This document shows, piece by piece, positions 1-9,386 of a stretch of 64,000 nucleotides of DNA; the first letter of the stretch is position 1; every line of letters begins with the position of its first letter. The position numbers were made by a program, and so were the translations under genes. The notes beneath the pieces were generated by a model. That model made no database searches and had not been told where the DNA came from. It saw only the letters and a program-made list of their open reading frames with translations. Source of the DNA: Candidatus Acidiferrum sp. (GTDB lineage Bacteria; Vulcanimicrobiota; Vulcanimicrobiia; Vulcanimicrobiales; Vulcanimicrobiaceae); NCBI GenBank assembly GCA_035507095.1, contig DATJOM010000074.1:3941-67940 (forward strand), in the 5' to 3' direction.

Positions 1-329
1 ACCCAAAGATCGACCTCCTCGGCCGCCGGCGCGGCCGCAAAGGCGCGCGCGACGAGGTCCATCACCTCGCGGTCGAAAGCATTGCGCGTGAGTGTCCCGT
101 GGAATTTCACGCCGTTTACACGCAAGCCAAGCACGATGTGCGTGCCATCCTGATTTGCAAGCACTTGCAAGACCTGCGCCGGCCAGGTCGTGCTGAAAAG
201 TTGTTCGCCGACCGAGGTTGCAATGTCGATGCGGTTGCCGCTCGCGCGCGAATGCGCATCGAGATCGGCCACGCTGGGCATTACGGCGAGCAATGCTACC
301 GCGAGCAGCAGATTAATAGCTTTGGGCAA
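1..329 (-). CDS. hypothetical exported protein, N-terminal part only (gene runs off the left edge of the window)
   Basis: Stop-free minus-strand frame from a TTG at 329 down to base 1 (hand translation LPKAINLLLAVALLAVMPSVADLDAHSRASGNRIDIATSVGEQLF...). Signal-peptide-like N-terminus. Absent from the ORF track because no stop lies in the window. The start overlaps the proS stop by 17 nt, so the start choice is uncertain. Confidence 0.3.
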   Translation of the reverse strand, partial: MPKAINLLLAVALLAVMPSVADLDAHSRASGNRIDIATSVGEQLFSTTWPAQVLQVLANQDGTHIVLGLRVNGVKFHGTLTRNAFDREVMDLVARAFAAAPAAEEVDLW

Positions 330-1800
330 AGTACGCTCTCACAATCGCGGGTTCGCCGCACGCGACGCAGCGCGCGCCGGCCTCGCGTGCAGGCAACGGG
401 TAGGTGTTGCGCGTCGTCGCTCCAGTCTGGGCTTTGACCTCGGCTTCGCACTCCGGACGCCCACACCAGGCAATGTCGATCATGCCGGCGCGCGCCTTGC
501 ACCGGGCGAAGAATTCCTCGCGATCGGTAACGCGGAACGTATGGCTGCGCAGAAAGTCCCTCGCCTGCTCGAAGAGCGACACCTGAATCGCATCGAGTAC
601 GGTACGCAGCGCTGCGGCAAGCTCGCCGAGCGGCACGCTCTGCTTCTGCTCCGGGTCGCCCTTCTCGCGATCGCGCCGCACGAGCACGGCGCTTGCCGCA
701 TCGACATCGCGCGGACCAATCTCGATGCGCACCGGCACGCCGCGCACGTCCCATTCGGCATACTTCCAGCCGGGCTGCTGATCGCGATCGTCGACCTTTA
801 CGCGGAAGCCTGCTTCACGCAGCGATTTCGCCGCGTCGTGGCACGCACCGACCGCGCGCTCGTCGCCCTTGCGCACGATCGGGACGAAGACCGCTTCGAT
901 CGGCGCCATCTTCGGCGGCACGCGAAGCCCGCGATCGTCGCCATGCACCATGATCATACCGCCGAGCATCCGCCACGACATGCCCCACGACGTTGTATAG
1001 GCATACTTGATCTGCTGATCCGCATCGACGAATTTGATGTCATACGCCTTGGAAAAATTCTGTCCGAGATCGTGCGACGTTCCGGATTGCAGCGCTCTGC
1101 CGTCGGGCATCAACGCCTCGATCGAATACGTTTCAACCGCACCCGGGAAACGTTCGCTCGCGCTCTTGATGCCGGCATAGACGGGAACGGCTGCAACGTT
1201 CTCCGCGAAGTCGCGATAGACGCCGAGCATCCGTTCGGTCTCCTCGCGCGCTTCTTGCGCGGTTGCGTGCGCCGTGTGACCCTCTTGCCATAAGAATTCC
1301 ATCGTGCGCAGAAACGGCCGCGTCGCCTTTTCCCAGCGCACCACGTTGGCCCACTGATTGATGAGGATCGGCAGATCGCGATACGACTCGATCCACTGCG
1401 CGTACATCACCCCGATGATCACTTCGGATGTCGGCCGGATCGCGAGCCGCTCGGTCAGCACTTCTTGACCACCCTGGGTCACCCAGGCGACCTCCGGCGC
1501 AAACCCTTCAACGTGCTCGGCTTCCTTAAGCAACAGACTCTCGGGAATCAACAACGGAAAATAGGCGTTCTCGTGACCGGTCGCCTTGAACGCAGCGTCC
1601 AGATGTTTTTGCAGATTCTCCCACAGCCCGTAGCCATAGGGGCGCAAGACGACACAGCCGCGGACGGGCGAATACGACGTTAGTTCAGCCTTTAAGCAAA
1701 CGGCCGTGTACCACGCGGAGAGGTCGGCCGCCTTGGGAGGTATTTCCTTGACGTCCTTCGACAGGGTCAGGATAACAGCGTCGGGAGCTTCCTCGGACAT
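313..1800 (-). CDS. proS: prolyl-tRNA synthetase, archaeal/eukaryote-like type
   Basis: ORF 313..1884 trimmed to the ATG at 1800 (MSEEAPDAVILTLSKD...). Class II ProRS core. No bacterial INS editing insertion is visible. C-terminal Cys-rich module (CGRPECE...CVACGEP), and the protein ends ...FAQSY. Confidence 0.9.
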   Translation of the reverse strand: MSEEAPDAVILTLSKDVKEIPPKAADLSAWYTAVCLKAELTSYSPVRGCVVLRPYGYGLWENLQKHLDAAFKATGHENAYFPLLIPESLLLKEAEHVEGFAPEVAWVTQGGQEVLTERLAIRPTSEVIIGVMYAQWIESYRDLPILINQWANVVRWEKATRPFLRTMEFLWQEGHTAHATAQEAREETERMLGVYRDFAENVAAVPVYAGIKSASERFPGAVETYSIEALMPDGRALQSGTSHDLGQNFSKAYDIKFVDADQQIKYAYTTSWGMSWRMLGGMIMVHGDDRGLRVPPKMAPIEAVFVPIVRKGDERAVGACHDAAKSLREAGFRVKVDDRDQQPGWKYAEWDVRGVPVRIEIGPRDVDAASAVLVRRDREKGDPEQKQSVPLGELAAALRTVLDAIQVSLFEQARDFLRSHTFRVTDREEFFARCKARAGMIDIAWCGRPECEAEVKAQTGATTRNTYPLPAREAGARCVACGEPAIVRAYFAQSY

Positions 1801-1835
1801 GACCGGCCCGGTTTCGCCGCGAACCCGAGGGGACC

Positions 1836-2438
1836 ATGCCCAAGCTGACCCGCATCTATACGCGCACCGGCGACGACGGCACAACCGGCCTCGTCGGCGG
1901 ACAGCGTGTCAAGAAAAACGCGCTACGCATCGAGACGTACGGAACGGTCGACGAGTGTTCGAGCGCGATCGGTATCGCGCGCAGCGCCTTGCGCCCACTG
2001 CTCGGGACGCACGCGCGAGCGGCACGGCTCGACGCATGGCTCGCGTGGACGCAAGACGCGCTCTTCAACCTCGGCTCGGATCTCGCGACGCTGCCCAAGG
2101 ATCGTTGGGAAGGCATGCCGCTCACGACGGCAGCGGACGCGGCCGCGCTCGAACGCGCAATCGATGAGGCGCAGCGCGATCTCGCGCCGCTCAGCAACTT
2201 CATTCATCCCGGCGGTTCGACGGCCGGCGCGCACCTGCACCTCGCGCGCACGATCTGCCGCCGCGCCGAACGCCTACTCCTTACGCTGCGCGAAACCGAC
2301 GACGGCGTTTCGATCGAGACACAGCGCTATTTGAACCGGCTCTCGGATGCGCTCTTTGTTTGGGCGCGCTGGATTAATGCGGACTTAAACGAGCCGGAGT
2401 ATCTTTGGGACGCATGCTCCGCTCCACCGCTGCCATAG
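1836..2438 (+). CDS. PduO-type ATP:cob(I)alamin adenosyltransferase
   Basis: N-terminus MPKLTRIYTRTGDDGTTGL, about 200 aa in length and a helical-bundle-type sequence, typical of the Cob_adeno_trans (PduO/MMAB) family. Divergent from proS with a 35-nt gap. Confidence 0.85.
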   Translation: MPKLTRIYTRTGDDGTTGLVGGQRVKKNALRIETYGTVDECSSAIGIARSALRPLLGTHARAARLDAWLAWTQDALFNLGSDLATLPKDRWEGMPLTTAADAAALERAIDEAQRDLAPLSNFIHPGGSTAGAHLHLARTICRRAERLLLTLRETDDGVSIETQRYLNRLSDALFVWARWINADLNEPEYLWDACSAPPLP

Positions 2439-3064
2439 GCGTCTGCGCAACAGCTCTGCTGGCCGCGGTAAGCGCGCACGTCGGCATTGATGTTCTCGGC
2501 GACTACCTGGTGCGAGACGACAGCTACGATCACGTCGCGCACGGTTCGCGCGTGCTTTTCACCCTATGCGCACTCGGCCTGGCTGCGTTGATCGGCCTCT
2601 ACCTCTTCTCCCACCTGTGCACCGCCGCCGCCTCGCTGCGCGAGCGGGTGCGTATGATCCGGATCCGGCGCTCGCAGATGGCCGCCGCGATCGCCTGCAT
2701 CGCGCTGCTTGCGCTCTTCTTCGTTCCGGCCATGGAGACGCTCGACGCGCTCCGCGCCGGTGCGGACGTCGACTCGCCGGCTGACGCATTCGGCGGATCG
2801 TTGTTGCTCGGCATCAGCACGACACTCGGATGCGCGCTCGCCTGGAGCGGCGCGCTGCTTGGCGTCGTGGCATGGCTCGTGCGGCATCGCGACCGTGTTG
2901 CGCGTCTGCTTTTTGAACTTTTGAACGTCGGGCGCACGCAGGTTGCCGGCGCGCACGAGCGCCTTGCCCCCGCAGCGCTGCTCGCAAGTGCCCCAGCGCG
3001 CCGCACCCGCCATCGTTCGAAACGTGGCCCGCCCGCCACGGCAACTGCACTTCTCGTTCACTAG
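2405..3064 (+). CDS. hypothetical membrane protein
   Basis: 219-aa ORF with several hydrophobic helices (AIGVCATALLAAV, LFTLCALGLAALIGLYLF, AAAIACIALLALFFV, LLLGISTTLGCALAWSGALLGVVAWLV). No family recognised. The start is uncertain because it overlaps the preceding gene's end. Confidence 0.45.
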   Translation: MGRMLRSTAAIGVCATALLAAVSAHVGIDVLGDYLVRDDSYDHVAHGSRVLFTLCALGLAALIGLYLFSHLCTAAASLRERVRMIRIRRSQMAAAIACIALLALFFVPAMETLDALRAGADVDSPADAFGGSLLLGISTTLGCALAWSGALLGVVAWLVRHRDRVARLLFELLNVGRTQVAGAHERLAPAALLASAPARRTRHRSKRGPPATATALLVH

Positions 3065-3086
3065 CAGCTGCCCAAAGGGGTATTTC

Positions 3087-5624
3087 ATGCGCCTATTCGG
3101 CGTGCGCACGATGTGCGCAGCGCTTACGTGTGCGTTTCTTGCGTGCACGCTGCCGGCTCTCGCCCTCGCGCGTTCCAGCATTGCCGGGCAAGTCGTCGAT
3201 GCCGCATCGGGTCTTGCGCTTGCCGGCGCAACCGTCCGCATCACGGGCACGACGCTGCGCACATCGACCGACGCACACGGTGCGTTTCAGTTTGGCGACG
3301 TTGCGCCGGGGACGTACCGGCTCGAGGTGCGCGCCGAGGGATATCAGCCGGCACTTTCAACCCCGATCACAGTCGGTGCACACACTCCTGTCCGCACGAC
3401 GCTTGCGATCCAGCGTGCGGCGGGCAATCTCAACGTCATCGCAGTGACCTCGACAAAACCGAGTTCAAGCCTGCAACAGTCGAGCGTCATCACCGCCACG
3501 CTCAATAGCGAAACGCTCGAGGCGATCGGCGTCGTGCGCGCCGGCGACGCGTTGCGCACGCTGCCCGGCGTGAACAACGGTATCAACGGCGACACCGCCG
3601 CACTCGGCGACGACATCAACGTGAACATCCGCGGCATCGGACAGCCCGAAACGGTCGCGGCAATCGACGGCCACCCGATCGGCTATGGCATCAAAGGCGG
3701 CTACAACTACCAACTCTCGCCGATCTTTCCATTCCGCAACATCCAGGTGCTCTACGGGTCGGGCGGCAGCAATATCCTCGGCGTCAATGCGATCGGCGGC
3801 GTCGTGAATTTTCAGACCCTCGACGCTACGCCGAACGCACACACGACGTTCACCCAAGGCTATGGCTCGTTCCAGCGTCTCGCAAGCAGCCTCACTACAA
3901 CCGGCAACGACGGCAAACTCGGCTATGCGCTGGCCTACGGTGTCGCCGGGCTCGACGGCCCGTTTCGCAACGCGTACTTCTATCAGGCCGGCGCCCAAGC
4001 CAGTTACGTCGACGACTCTTCGGTTACATCGCGTGCAGGCTTGCTCAAGTTCAATTACGCGTTCGATGCGAAAACAAGCGCGACGTTTACCGACGTCAAC
4101 AGCTCCTACTGGGAGAACAAGACCGGTAACGGCGACGGTGACTACCTCCCATACTCGACTGCGCTAGCACGCTGCGAGGCGCAGAATAATTCCGATCCCT
4201 CGCAATGCGCCGCGGCGACGACCGGATGGCAGGGCAGCGGGGCTGCATGGCAAGCGTTCAACTTCGGCTACCAGGATCTCGACGTCACGCACCGTGCCGG
4301 CGCCGGAACGATCGCACTCGACGGTTACACCACGCTCTACGACGACACGCAATATCGCCTGAATCTACCGACTCCGGCAAAAGCAAAGACCACCTACATG
4401 CGCGTACAGTCCAGCGGCACGATTCTCGACGACGACTTCGCCGGCGCGAACAACGACTTCACCGTCGGCTATTCGTATCTCAACAACGCGTACATCTACC
4501 AAACGATCTCGAGCGCGCCGAGCTACGCCGCGCCGTTCGACAATGAGATCGCCTACTTCGTGCGCGATGTCTACCAGCCGCAGCACTCGACACTGACCGC
4601 GTTCTTGAATCTGTGGACAAAGCACGCAAGCGCGACCGACTCGTCATATCTCGACCCGCGCCTCTCGCTCCTCGACCGATTGAGCGCGCGTGACGTCTTG
4701 CGCGCTGCAGTCGGCGCAACGACGACCGAACCGACGTCGGATGAGATCGACGTCCCGTTCACGCCGAGCGCGCTCGCGTTAGGCACACTGCAAGGCGCGG
4801 GCGGCGGCACGAGTTACGTTTGCGGCGGCCTCAACTCGATTGGGACCGCGCCGTCGGCCGATCTCAAACCTGAGCGCGGTGTCGACGAGGAGCTCGCGTA
4901 CGGGCACACGTGGTCCGGCGATTCGATCGCGCAACTCCAACTCTACAATGTCAACGTGTACGACAAGCTGTATTCAACGATCGCACCGCTCGGACAAACC
5001 GGAACGGCCGGCATCAATCCGAGCTACATCACGACGGCTGATTCGCTGCTGACGACGGTGTGCGGCGCCGGGAACTATTCCGTCGGTGTGACCGGTACCG
5101 TGAACGTTGGGACCTTGCAGGCGCGCGGGGGCGATCTCTCGGGACGTTGGCGCGCCGATCGCCGGTTCTACGTCGACTACGACTGGGCGTTGACGTCGAG
5201 CGTGCTCAAGAACGCGCCGCAGCAACTACTCGAGTCGAATCTCACCGACATCATCGACAGCCAAATCAAGGGCGTGCCGCTGCATACCGCGAGCATCGCG
5301 CTGGACGGCACCGTGGGCATCGTCGACACGCGGTACACGCTCTACACCGTTTCGACCAACAACACCAAAAATCTCCCGGCGTATAACTACAGCAATATTC
5401 AGGTCGGCATGCCGGTGGCGCACCTGGGCACATTCACGGTCGCGGTGTTCAACCTGTTCAACCAGTGGGCGAACATTGCTGGGCTCATCGGTGAAGGCGT
5501 TCCCGCACCGCTCAACGGCTACGCGCCGGCCAGTGCGTATACGCCATTGATCGGCACGGCAGCGACCGAACAGTTCGGCCTGCCATACCGCTCGATCTAC
5601 TTCAGCTTCGCTTTTCGGAAATGA
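3087..5624 (+). CDS. TonB-dependent receptor-like outer-membrane protein with N-terminal carboxypeptidase-regulatory-like domain
   Basis: ORF 2943..5624 trimmed to the ATG at 3087 (MRLFGVRTMCAALTCAFLACTLPALALA signal peptide). CarboxypepD_reg-like segment (GQVVDAASGLALAGATVRITG...DAHGAFQFGDVAPGTYRLEVRAEGY). Plug-like segment (LRTLPGVNN...NIRGIG), a long beta-barrel-like region and an aromatic C-terminus YFSFAFRK. Confidence 0.75.
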   Translation: MRLFGVRTMCAALTCAFLACTLPALALARSSIAGQVVDAASGLALAGATVRITGTTLRTSTDAHGAFQFGDVAPGTYRLEVRAEGYQPALSTPITVGAHTPVRTTLAIQRAAGNLNVIAVTSTKPSSSLQQSSVITATLNSETLEAIGVVRAGDALRTLPGVNNGINGDTAALGDDINVNIRGIGQPETVAAIDGHPIGYGIKGGYNYQLSPIFPFRNIQVLYGSGGSNILGVNAIGGVVNFQTLDATPNAHTTFTQGYGSFQRLASSLTTTGNDGKLGYALAYGVAGLDGPFRNAYFYQAGAQASYVDDSSVTSRAGLLKFNYAFDAKTSATFTDVNSSYWENKTGNGDGDYLPYSTALARCEAQNNSDPSQCAAATTGWQGSGAAWQAFNFGYQDLDVTHRAGAGTIALDGYTTLYDDTQYRLNLPTPAKAKTTYMRVQSSGTILDDDFAGANNDFTVGYSYLNNAYIYQTISSAPSYAAPFDNEIAYFVRDVYQPQHSTLTAFLNLWTKHASATDSSYLDPRLSLLDRLSARDVLRAAVGATTTEPTSDEIDVPFTPSALALGTLQGAGGGTSYVCGGLNSIGTAPSADLKPERGVDEELAYGHTWSGDSIAQLQLYNVNVYDKLYSTIAPLGQTGTAGINPSYITTADSLLTTVCGAGNYSVGVTGTVNVGTLQARGGDLSGRWRADRRFYVDYDWALTSSVLKNAPQQLLESNLTDIIDSQIKGVPLHTASIALDGTVGIVDTRYTLYTVSTNNTKNLPAYNYSNIQVGMPVAHLGTFTVAVFNLFNQWANIAGLIGEGVPAPLNGYAPASAYTPLIGTAATEQFGLPYRSIYFSFAFRK

Positions 5625-6150
5625 TGAGGTAGCGCAGCAGGGCGACGAGCGTGACGGCATCATCGATCCTTCCATCACGCGCCGCTCGATATGCATCGTC
5701 GATCGGAATACGAACGGGATCGATTGCTTCGACACGCTCGGGCGCGGTTGCGACCTTGCGCAAGCTGCGCGCAACGAAGAGCGAGACCGGATGTTCGACG
5801 ATCGAGGGAATTTCGTACGCGACGCCGAGCGGCATCCAATCGGTTGCGACGAGCCCAAGCTCTTCGCGCAGTTCGCGTTGCGCACAGGCGAGCGCGGTCT
5901 CGCCTTCGTCCGCACCGCCTTTGACGATCTCGAGCATCGGCGCATCGGCTGCGAATCGCGCTTGGCGTGCCAGCACGAAGGCCTCACCGTCGACGACCAA
6001 TACGCCTGAGGCGCGCCCGGTCGCGATCGCGATGTGCTCGCCCGCGGCGCCGGTGGGGTGAACGATCTCGTGGACATGTACCGCGACCCACGGGTTACGG
6101 TAGAGCTCGCGTTGCGCGAGCCGGCGGTACGGAGCGCTAGGGGGACGCAT
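5602..6150 (-). CDS. Nudix hydrolase (ADP-ribose pyrophosphatase-like)
   Basis: Nudix box GGADEGETALACAQRELREELGL. 182 aa. The 3' end overlaps the convergent receptor gene by 23 nt. Confidence 0.85.
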   Translation of the reverse strand: MRPPSAPYRRLAQRELYRNPWVAVHVHEIVHPTGAAGEHIAIATGRASGVLVVDGEAFVLARQARFAADAPMLEIVKGGADEGETALACAQRELREELGLVATDWMPLGVAYEIPSIVEHPVSLFVARSLRKVATAPERVEAIDPVRIPIDDAYRAARDGRIDDAVTLVALLRYLIISEKRS

Positions 6151-6176
6151 GGCCCCTCCTTGCGAACCTGCGCGAA

Positions 6177-7706
6177 ATGTCCTTTGTCTCCCAGCTCTTT
6201 GCGACGACCAACGTCGACAAACTTCGCGCGCTCTCGCAACAGAAAATCCTCAAACGTGCGCTGACCGCAAAAGATCTCGTCGCAATCGGTTTGGGAACGA
6301 TGATCGGCGGTGGCATCTACACCACCATCGGCACCGCGGTTGTCGGCGCGGGACCCGCCGTCATCATTTCGTATTTGCTCGCCGGCGTTACGTCGTTCTT
6401 CGCAGCCTTATGTTACGCCGAACTCGGCGCAATGGTGCCGGTCGCGGGCAGCGCGTATACCTACACATACGCTACGATGGGCAAGCTTTTCGCGTGGATC
6501 ATCGGCTTCGCGTTGCTCTTCGAATATGGGATCAGCGTTGCGCCGGTCGCGCAGCAGTTCTCCGCGGCAATTCAAGACGTCCTCAAGCCGATCGGCATCG
6601 CGCTGCCCACCTGGGCACAGCAATCGAACCTCGCGATCAACGGACCGTGGTGGCTGCCGGGAAGCTGGGATCTCGCGCACTCGCAATGTGACGTGCTCGG
6701 AGCCGTCTTTGTCATCGCGCTTGCCGTGTTGCTTTCGATCGGTATCCGTGAATCGGCGACGGCCAACAATATCTTCGTCGTGCTCAAGATCTCGGCGCTG
6801 ATCGTCTTCATCTTTGCCGGCATCACGCTCTTCCATGCCGAGCACTTCGCGCAGTTCTCGCCCTATGGATGGGGATCGCTCCGACCGTTTGGCGGCATGG
6901 CCGACTTTTCATCGACCGCACAGCCCTACGGCATCGTCGCGATCGGCGCATTCGTCTTCTTCAGTTACATCGGCTTCGACACCGCGACGACGACCGCCGA
7001 AGAGTGCAAGAAGCCGCAGTTCGATATTCCGGTGGGTGTGCTGGGCGCGCTTGCGATCGGCACGCTCCTCTACTGCGCGACGGCGATCGTCTTGATCGGC
7101 GCGGTGCCCTGGAGCAAGGTGCCGGTGAAAGACCCGCTCGTGTACGCGCTCGCGCCGTTGCACCAGCCCTGGCTTACGTGGATCATCACGATCGGCGTCC
7201 TGGCCGGCACGACCAGCGTCGCGCTAAGCTCGCTGCTCGGACAGACCCGCATCTTTTATGTGATGGCGCGCGACAAGATGCTGCCACCCTGGGTCGCGGC
7301 GATCAACCCGCGCTTCAAGACCCCGGTACGGACAACGATGCTGACCGGCGTCGCGGTCGCGATTCTGACGCTGATCGTGCCCCTCACCCAGCTGCTCAAC
7401 CTGGTCAACATCGGTACCCTCATCGCCTTCACCGTCGTCTGCGCGGGTGTGCTCTACTTCCGCCGGCGCCGGCCCGACCTGCCGCGCAGCTTCCGTGTGC
7501 CGTTTGTCCCATACTTTCCGCTCCTCGGGATCGTCTGCTCGCTCTTCCTTGCGATCTTCGGCCTCTCACGGACCACCTGGGAGTGGTTCACCGGGGCCCT
7601 CGTCGTGGGGCTCGCGTTCTTCTTCGCCTACGGATTTCGCGCGTCCAAGCCCGAGGAGGTCCAGCCCGTCGTCGAGCCCGAGGGCATTGCCGAGCAGTTT
7701 GTTTAG
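6177..7706 (+). CDS. amino acid permease (APC superfamily, cationic amino acid transporter-like)
   Basis: 509 aa with about 12-14 hydrophobic helices. N-terminal LTAKDLVAIGLGTMIGGGIYT motif typical of APC transporters. Confidence 0.9.
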   Translation: MSFVSQLFATTNVDKLRALSQQKILKRALTAKDLVAIGLGTMIGGGIYTTIGTAVVGAGPAVIISYLLAGVTSFFAALCYAELGAMVPVAGSAYTYTYATMGKLFAWIIGFALLFEYGISVAPVAQQFSAAIQDVLKPIGIALPTWAQQSNLAINGPWWLPGSWDLAHSQCDVLGAVFVIALAVLLSIGIRESATANNIFVVLKISALIVFIFAGITLFHAEHFAQFSPYGWGSLRPFGGMADFSSTAQPYGIVAIGAFVFFSYIGFDTATTTAEECKKPQFDIPVGVLGALAIGTLLYCATAIVLIGAVPWSKVPVKDPLVYALAPLHQPWLTWIITIGVLAGTTSVALSSLLGQTRIFYVMARDKMLPPWVAAINPRFKTPVRTTMLTGVAVAILTLIVPLTQLLNLVNIGTLIAFTVVCAGVLYFRRRRPDLPRSFRVPFVPYFPLLGIVCSLFLAIFGLSRTTWEWFTGALVVGLAFFFAYGFRASKPEEVQPVVEPEGIAEQFV

Positions 7707-7803
7707 GGGTCGCTTGGAAGCTGTAAACCTTGCGTAAGCATGCCACTTTTGACGCTACGAGCACGCAAGACGCGGCAAGTTTATCCGATTACTCAAATCG
7801 GGT

Positions 7804-7822
7804 GTGAATTTAATTAATTCAC
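7804..7822. promoter_or_regulatory. AT-rich palindrome GTGAATT-TAATT-AATTCAC (candidate operator) just upstream of the 7838 gene
   Basis: Perfect 7-bp inverted arms at 7804-7810 and 7816-7822 in a locally AT-rich patch of an otherwise GC-rich window. Lies 6 nt upstream of a GAGG Shine-Dalgarno. Confidence 0.3.
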
Positions 7823-7837
7823 GAAATGAGGCTGTAT

Positions 7838-8488
7838 ATGATGGCCCTGGTTTCTGCACGTCCTGCTCAGCGCTGGCTCTCGCTAGAACACCTTCGTGCC
7901 CGCGCTACCGAGCTCTATGCGGTTCTCGCATGGCTCCACGTTCCCGCGGTTGCGGCCATCGCGCTCGTCGCGCACAGCGCCTGGGTTACACCCACGGTCA
8001 CGTTGGCGGCGATTGCTCTCGTCGCTACCGCTTGCGCCCGCTACATGAAAGACGGCATCGCGCTTCGTTCTATCATGGCGCTCGCAATCACGCTTGGCCC
8101 GATCGCATTCGGCTGGGCCGGCTTCGCGACGGTCGACACCTCGCTCTACTTCTTCGCGGTGATCGCGATGCTGGTCGGCTACGTCGACTGGCGCCCGATC
8201 ATCATCTCGGCCAGCGCGGCCGCGTTCAACGCGGTGCTGCTCTCCCTCGCCGCCTCGGATATCGTCTTCCCCGCTGAAGGCATGAACAGTTTTGTGATCC
8301 AGGGCATCTGCCTGCTCGCCGAACTCATCGTGCTCATCAGCATCACGAACACGCTGCAACGGCTCTTCTCGAACGTCGATGACTTCATGGAATTCACCAT
8401 GAAGGAAACGGCGGAGGCCCTTGCCGGCGAGATGCACGAAAAAGCTCGCCTCCAAGCCGAACTCAGCAAACTCCGCGCTACCGCCTAG
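7838..8488 (+). CDS. hypothetical polytopic membrane protein with C-terminal coiled-coil tail (paralog A)
   Basis: ORF 7826..8488. The ATG at 7838 is preferred (GAGG 6 nt upstream). About 6 hydrophobic helices, then ...DDFMEFTMKETAEALAGEMHEKARLQAELSKLRATA. Both ends are shared with the next gene. Confidence 0.6.
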   Translation: MMALVSARPAQRWLSLEHLRARATELYAVLAWLHVPAVAAIALVAHSAWVTPTVTLAAIALVATACARYMKDGIALRSIMALAITLGPIAFGWAGFATVDTSLYFFAVIAMLVGYVDWRPIIISASAAAFNAVLLSLAASDIVFPAEGMNSFVIQGICLLAELIVLISITNTLQRLFSNVDDFMEFTMKETAEALAGEMHEKARLQAELSKLRATA

Positions 8489-8511
8489 CGCGCACCACCA
8501 CCCGCACATTT

Positions 8512-8549
8512 CAGGATTCAACGCAGCTTACGAGCCGTGTTGAGTCCTG
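8512..8549 (+). terminator. hairpin (11-bp stem with one G-U pair), possible terminator/attenuator between the two paralogs
   Basis: CAGGATTCAAC (8512-8522) pairs with GTTGAGTCCTG (8539-8549). Followed by AACCATTTAT, so only a weak T tract. Confidence 0.35.
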
Positions 8550-8571
8550 AACCATTTATGAGGAGAGGGTC

Positions 8572-8910
8572 GTGAGGCTCGCCGATATTCGCTCGCGTGC
8601 AACGCAGCTCTATATGTTGACCTTGTGGCTATATGTGCCGGCCGTGGCACTGATAGCGTTTACCTACGCAGCTCTAACCGCCCATCATTTTTTGCTCGGC
8701 CTAACGCTACCCACCGTCGTGTTCGCGATTTGCGTTGTTGCCGAATGCTGGGCGCTCTTGAGGATCACTACGACGACGAAGGCGCTCTTCGCGCGGGTCG
8801 ACGACGTCATCGAACGCACGACGCAAGCATCTGCCGAAGCAATCGCCATGGAGCTGGACGAAAAGGCCGCGCTTCATGCCGAGCTCAACCGTCTGAGGCG
8901 AAGCGCCTAG
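8572..8910 (+). CDS. hypothetical membrane protein (short paralog B of 7838..8488)
   Basis: GTG start preceded by GAGGAGAGGG. N-terminus RSRATQLYMLTLWLYVPAVALIAF matches RARATELYAVLAWLHVPAVAAIAL of paralog A. C-terminus AMELDEKAALHAELNRLRRSA matches AGEMHEKARLQAELSKLRATA. Confidence 0.6.
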   Translation: MRLADIRSRATQLYMLTLWLYVPAVALIAFTYAALTAHHFLLGLTLPTVVFAICVVAECWALLRITTTTKALFARVDDVIERTTQASAEAIAMELDEKAALHAELNRLRRSA

Positions 8911-8912
8911 TT

Positions 8913-9386
8913 CTATTGCGTTTGCGCGGGTTGCGCGGGTGAGGCTTCGCCGATACCGGGCGTCATCACCGCGATCCGCGCGTTGCGCGCGTCGTACGAG
9001 GCATGCACGCTAAACGCGCGCGCGATTGCGCGCAAGCCGATCATCACGCGGCCACGCACGCGGAACGGCGCGTGCTCGAGGGTGAGCGGCATCCCGTTGA
9101 CCGTTGCATGCACGTCGCCGACACGTAACCGCACCGATTGCCCACCACGCACGACGACGATATCTTGCCCTTCGATGCTCGTTTGCGCACCCAGCGCGTC
9201 CGCAAGCGTGCGCACCGGGACGTAGATGTGATTGCCCGGCGTCGCAACCGGCGGCACATCGCTCGCCACGGATTCGCCGTCGACGACCATATCGATCGGC
9301 CGCGAAAAGGCTACGAACGTCGACGCCGTCATCGCAATGGCGGCGGTGAGGACGAACATGCGCAGCGACGGCCGGCGATAGGTCAT
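8913..9386 (-). CDS. exported protein with copper amine oxidase N-terminal-like (stalk) domain
   Basis: N-terminal anchor or signal LRMFVLTAAIAMTASTFVAF. Body resembles the Cu_amine_oxidN1 fold pattern (VPVRTLADALGA...V..G....L.VGD..ATVNG.P..L...P....GRVMIGLRAIARAF). Confidence 0.55.
   Translation of the reverse strand: MTYRRPSLRMFVLTAAIAMTASTFVAFSRPIDMVVDGESVASDVPPVATPGNHIYVPVRTLADALGAQTSIEGQDIVVVRGGQSVRLRVGDVHATVNGMPLTLEHAPFRVRGRVMIGLRAIARAFSVHASYDARNARIAVMTPGIGEASPAQPAQTQ

Noticed and set aside
190-1293. 367-aa plus-strand ORF and the other ORFs nested in 99..1400
   Set aside because: All overlap proS or the partial upstream gene in other frames or strands. proS is strongly supported.
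5226-6239. 337-aa minus-strand ORF
   Set aside because: It overlaps the receptor gene's 3' end in antisense and the Nudix gene out of frame. It is Arg/Ser-rich with no motifs.
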